Positions 27,284 to 29,910 of a DNA stretch of 29,910 nucleotides are shown here, piece after piece. The notes beneath the pieces were generated by a model. It saw nothing but the letters and a program-made list of their open reading frames with translations, ran no database searches and was not told the origin of the DNA. The position numbers were made by a program, and so were the translations under genes. Numbering within the stretch: the first letter of the stretch is position 1; each line of letters begins with the position of its first letter. This DNA comes from an uncultured archaeon (GTDB lineage Archaea; Asgardarchaeota; Thorarchaeia; Thorarchaeales; Thorarchaeaceae): NCBI GenBank assembly GCA_964473825.1, contig CAYYQL010000033.1, forward strand, positions 1-29,910, in the 5' to 3' direction.

Positions 27284-28921
27284 ATGCGTATGCTACGAAC
27301 CACTTCGGAGACCTTCCCGGCCGAGAAAGAGATGATGGGTGATATCCCGTATGTACTCCGGGTGGAGTTTGGGGCCCTTGAAGAAGAGCCAGAGAGAATC
27401 ATCGGTAAGCCGATAGCGTGTTACAAGTGCGGAGGTTTTCTCCTCAGTGTGGATCAGATACTTGAGGAGGACAAGGTCGGTAAGCACTTCATCTGCTCCT
27501 TCTGTGGAACACTGAATGTTATTGAGGGAAAAATAATCAGTGCAGGGGACAATGCCGATTTCGTTGTGGAGCCTCCTCGTGATGCCGCAGAATCTCAGAA
27601 AGAACCACTAAAGCAAGTTGGAGGGAGCTTTCTCGCACTCATAGATGTTTCAGGTTCTATGGCAGGTGCTAACCTCGCTGCTGTCAAGAGGAGTCTCAGG
27701 ACATCAGTTGAGAGTCTAGCCAAGAACGCGCCAAATACCATGTTCGGCTTGATAGAATTCGAGAGCAGAGTCTTGTTCAGAGACCTTCATTCAGGTGCAG
27801 AAATAGCCCTCCCGCGTAACTCCTATGCCAGTTTTCACGAGATACAGAAAGAAACCAAGAAGATGATGGACCGGATTAGGTTTCTGGGTGTTGGTGAGAA
27901 TTCAGAGAAGATCAAAAAGCATCTCAATGCATTGCGTGATCAAGGAGGAACAGCTCTCGGCCCCGCTGTTGCCATGGGATATACCATTGCAAAACACCGA
28001 GATGTGGGCCGTGTTGTGTTGTTAACCGACGGGCTAGCCAATGAGGGTATAGGGGCACTAGAAGGCTACCAAGTCACTCCCGCAGCCAGTTTCTACGAAG
28101 AAGTAGGACTTCAGTTCATGGAAAATGGTACTGCAGTCGATGTTGTAGGCATTGCGTCGGGCGCCGGAATGGAGCTCAAGACATTGGGCCTTCTTGCAGA
28201 GGCTACAGGTGGGCAGATGTACTATGTTACACCTACCGAGCTTGACCAAAGCATAGCAGAATTGGCGGGTAGTTCTCTCCTTGGTCGGGATGTAGAAGTG
28301 CGACTGATAACGCCCACCGGTGTCAAAGTGAAAGATGCATCAGGGGTTTCGCGCGCGATTATTGAGGAACTGAGAACCAAAGCCGGGAGTAAAATCGGTG
28401 CAGTTGGCGAGAATCACGAGCTCTATTTCGAGATTGAACCCGAGAGTAAGATTGAGACGGAAGATGTGCCCATTCAGGTTCAGGTGACTTATACCGATGC
28501 AGAGGGCGCCCGCAGAGTCCGGGCAGTGACGACCAGACTCAAGGTTGCAAAAGACAACAAGGAATTGCTGGAGACTCTTGACCCCACCATAGGTGCAACG
28601 TTTGTGACTCAAAAGGCAGGAGAAGAATCCTTCAGAGGGAATCGGAAGGAGGGGAAGAAACGTATTGCTTCTTTCAGAGCAGCCATGAACAGACAGGCCA
28701 AGTCAGCGCCGGAACCAATTCAGAATCGGATGAATGAGATAGACAATGTCTTGGCTGAAGAAGAGGATGAGATGGAACGTTTGGATGATATGATGAAAGC
28801 TGCACCCGCTTCGGCGCCATCTACCGCGGCCGACCAGGCATATACCTCTGGACTTCAGCAGATGCGTCGTAGTTCGAAACAGATGTTCGGCAAGAATAAG
28901 GCCGACGAGGAGGAAGAGTAG
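27284..28921 (+). CDS. Sec23/Sec24-like protein (Zn finger + vWA trunk + beta-sandwich + helical tail)
   Basis: 'PIACYKCGGFL...FICSFCGTLN' is a Sec23/24-type Zn finger. vWA motifs 'LIDVSGSM', 'GGTALGPA', 'LLTDGLAN.G.G', 'LAEATGG'; beta-sandwich 'QVQVTYTDAEGARRVRAVT'. Start is ATG 27284 or 27290 (track 27245). Confidence 0.8.
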   Translation: MRMLRTTSETFPAEKEMMGDIPYVLRVEFGALEEEPERIIGKPIACYKCGGFLLSVDQILEEDKVGKHFICSFCGTLNVIEGKIISAGDNADFVVEPPRDAAESQKEPLKQVGGSFLALIDVSGSMAGANLAAVKRSLRTSVESLAKNAPNTMFGLIEFESRVLFRDLHSGAEIALPRNSYASFHEIQKETKKMMDRIRFLGVGENSEKIKKHLNALRDQGGTALGPAVAMGYTIAKHRDVGRVVLLTDGLANEGIGALEGYQVTPAASFYEEVGLQFMENGTAVDVVGIASGAGMELKTLGLLAEATGGQMYYVTPTELDQSIAELAGSSLLGRDVEVRLITPTGVKVKDASGVSRAIIEELRTKAGSKIGAVGENHELYFEIEPESKIETEDVPIQVQVTYTDAEGARRVRAVTTRLKVAKDNKELLETLDPTIGATFVTQKAGEESFRGNRKEGKKRIASFRAAMNRQAKSAPEPIQNRMNEIDNVLAEEEDEMERLDDMMKAAPASAPSTAADQAYTSGLQQMRRSSKQMFGKNKADEEEE

Positions 28922-29089
28922 CGCTAAACAGACGCTGTGTGTTCATCTTTCGCCTATTTGCGGGAGGGGTATGATCCCCGCAGAATGCGCAAAAGAGATA
29001 TGCATGAGGGGACACACTGCCACAACTCTCAAATACCCAAGAGCGACGTAGAAACTGCTGACGCACTATCTAACAGTGGGGATTTACGG

Positions 29090-29380
29090 TTGATTAGCCA
29101 AGAGCGACTTGATGCAATTCTTGCAGATCTTACAGCCCAGGAGGGCATTAGAGGAGTCGTAGTCACAACCATGGAAGGTCTACCATTGAGCAGTGATCTT
29201 CCACCTGAAACCACTGAAGCCGTCGCTGCAATACTGACCTCTCTGGTAGGTAAGGCACTTGATGCAGTTCGAGAGCTTAAGGAGGGGTCTTTGTCGTTCC
29301 TGACCCTTGATACAACCGAGGGACAGATAAACATCGCACCGGATGTTAAGGAGGGCCTCATATTAGTAGTCCTCAAATAG
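29090..29380 (+). CDS. Roadblock/LC7 domain protein, dynein-light-chain (RLC7)-like
   Basis: 96 aa from TTG 29090: 'GIRGVVVTTMEGLPLSSDL...AAILTSLVGKA...VREL...LSFLTLDT..GQINIAPD..LILVVL'. The track's N-terminal extension from 28937 is not Roadblock-like. Confidence 0.88.
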   Translation: MISQERLDAILADLTAQEGIRGVVVTTMEGLPLSSDLPPETTEAVAAILTSLVGKALDAVRELKEGSLSFLTLDTTEGQINIAPDVKEGLILVVLK

Positions 29381-29405
29381 GAAGGTATCCAAGAGGTACA
29401 CCACC

Positions 29406-29873
29406 ATGAGCGATCCGAAAGCCTTTGACAAGATACTCACGGAGATTATTCGACAAGATAAGGGAATCAAGAAAGTGATTCTTGTCGATAAGACTGGGCT
29501 TACAATAGCCAATGTGAGCAAGTTGAGTTACTACCCCGTCGATGTGGACAGCATCGGTGCAATTGCGAGTGCCGTGTTTTGTGCTAGTGAAGAACAGGGC
29601 AAGAACTTGCAGATAGGAGAGCTTGAGATTGTGACATCCGAGTTCTCGGAGGGAAAAATCTTCGCCTCAGCCTGTGGTAAGGGGGTTCTCTGTGTAGTAT
29701 CAGAGGCAGAGGTAAACATCGGTCTCATTCGTCTGGTGATGAAGAAACAGGGTAAGCAACTGGCAGACGAGCTGGACAAGTTCCTCGCAGTGGAACCAAT
29801 GGCACCCAGCAAGGATCGCGAACTTGACGAGGAAGACCTGAAGTCCGCCTTGGCCGAACTCGAGAGAGTTTAG
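29406..29873 (+). CDS. Roadblock/LAMTOR2 (MglB-like) protein with C-terminal acidic helical extension
   Basis: 'GIKKVILVDKTGLTIA', 'DSIGAIASAVF', 'L.IGELE', 'EF.EGKIF', 'VNIGLIRLVMKK'. GAGGT SD upstream. Confidence 0.9.
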   Translation: MSDPKAFDKILTEIIRQDKGIKKVILVDKTGLTIANVSKLSYYPVDVDSIGAIASAVFCASEEQGKNLQIGELEIVTSEFSEGKIFASACGKGVLCVVSEAEVNIGLIRLVMKKQGKQLADELDKFLAVEPMAPSKDRELDEEDLKSALAELERV

Positions 29874-29910
29874 ATAATGAACCATTTCTGACAGATTGAG
29901 TGACCTCATC

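Noticed and set aside
28937-29089. 51-aa N-terminal extension of the first Roadblock ORF
   Set aside because: Not Roadblock-like and overlaps predicted RNA hairpins. TTG 29090 after GGGGA gives a canonical 96-aa domain.

Overview
Gene-dense archaeal chromosome segment of core information-processing genes, very probably from an Asgard archaeon (Thorarchaeota-like). That assignment is inferred from a Sec23/Sec24-like Zn-finger/vWA protein next to two Roadblock/LC7 genes, one closely resembling the eukaryotic dynein light chain. The left part holds an aglH/GPT-like transferase and the conserved minus-strand run fen1-rpa2-like-aIF2beta-DUF424-nmd3-aIF1A-rio1-pno1-top6B-top6A, interrupted by an opposite-strand DUF134 + NifB/NifX cassette. 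The middle holds a small 4xCxxC zinc-finger gene missed by the ORF track, EF-1beta, Cdc48/VAT, a small wHTH gene, RibL, a GT-C type membrane protein, a PUA/PAPS-reductase-family Fe-S protein, DeoC, a PRC-barrel protein and Hef. The right part holds two wHTH regulators, GlmU, a radical SAM enzyme, DUF2095, a pilin-like membrane protein, a family-4 UDG and the Sec23/24-like + Roadblock module running off the window edge. No tRNA, rRNA, CRISPR array or mobile element was seen. Main oddities: (1) the Sec23/24-like + Roadblock module; (2) two genes whose conserved N-termini follow an in-frame ATG-NNN-NNN-STOP (a TGA followed by a probable CTG start, and a TAA in UDG); (3) a tandem CedA1/VirB2-like pilin candidate; (4) several structured intergenic leaders. 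All family calls come from motif recognition by eye, not from database searches.
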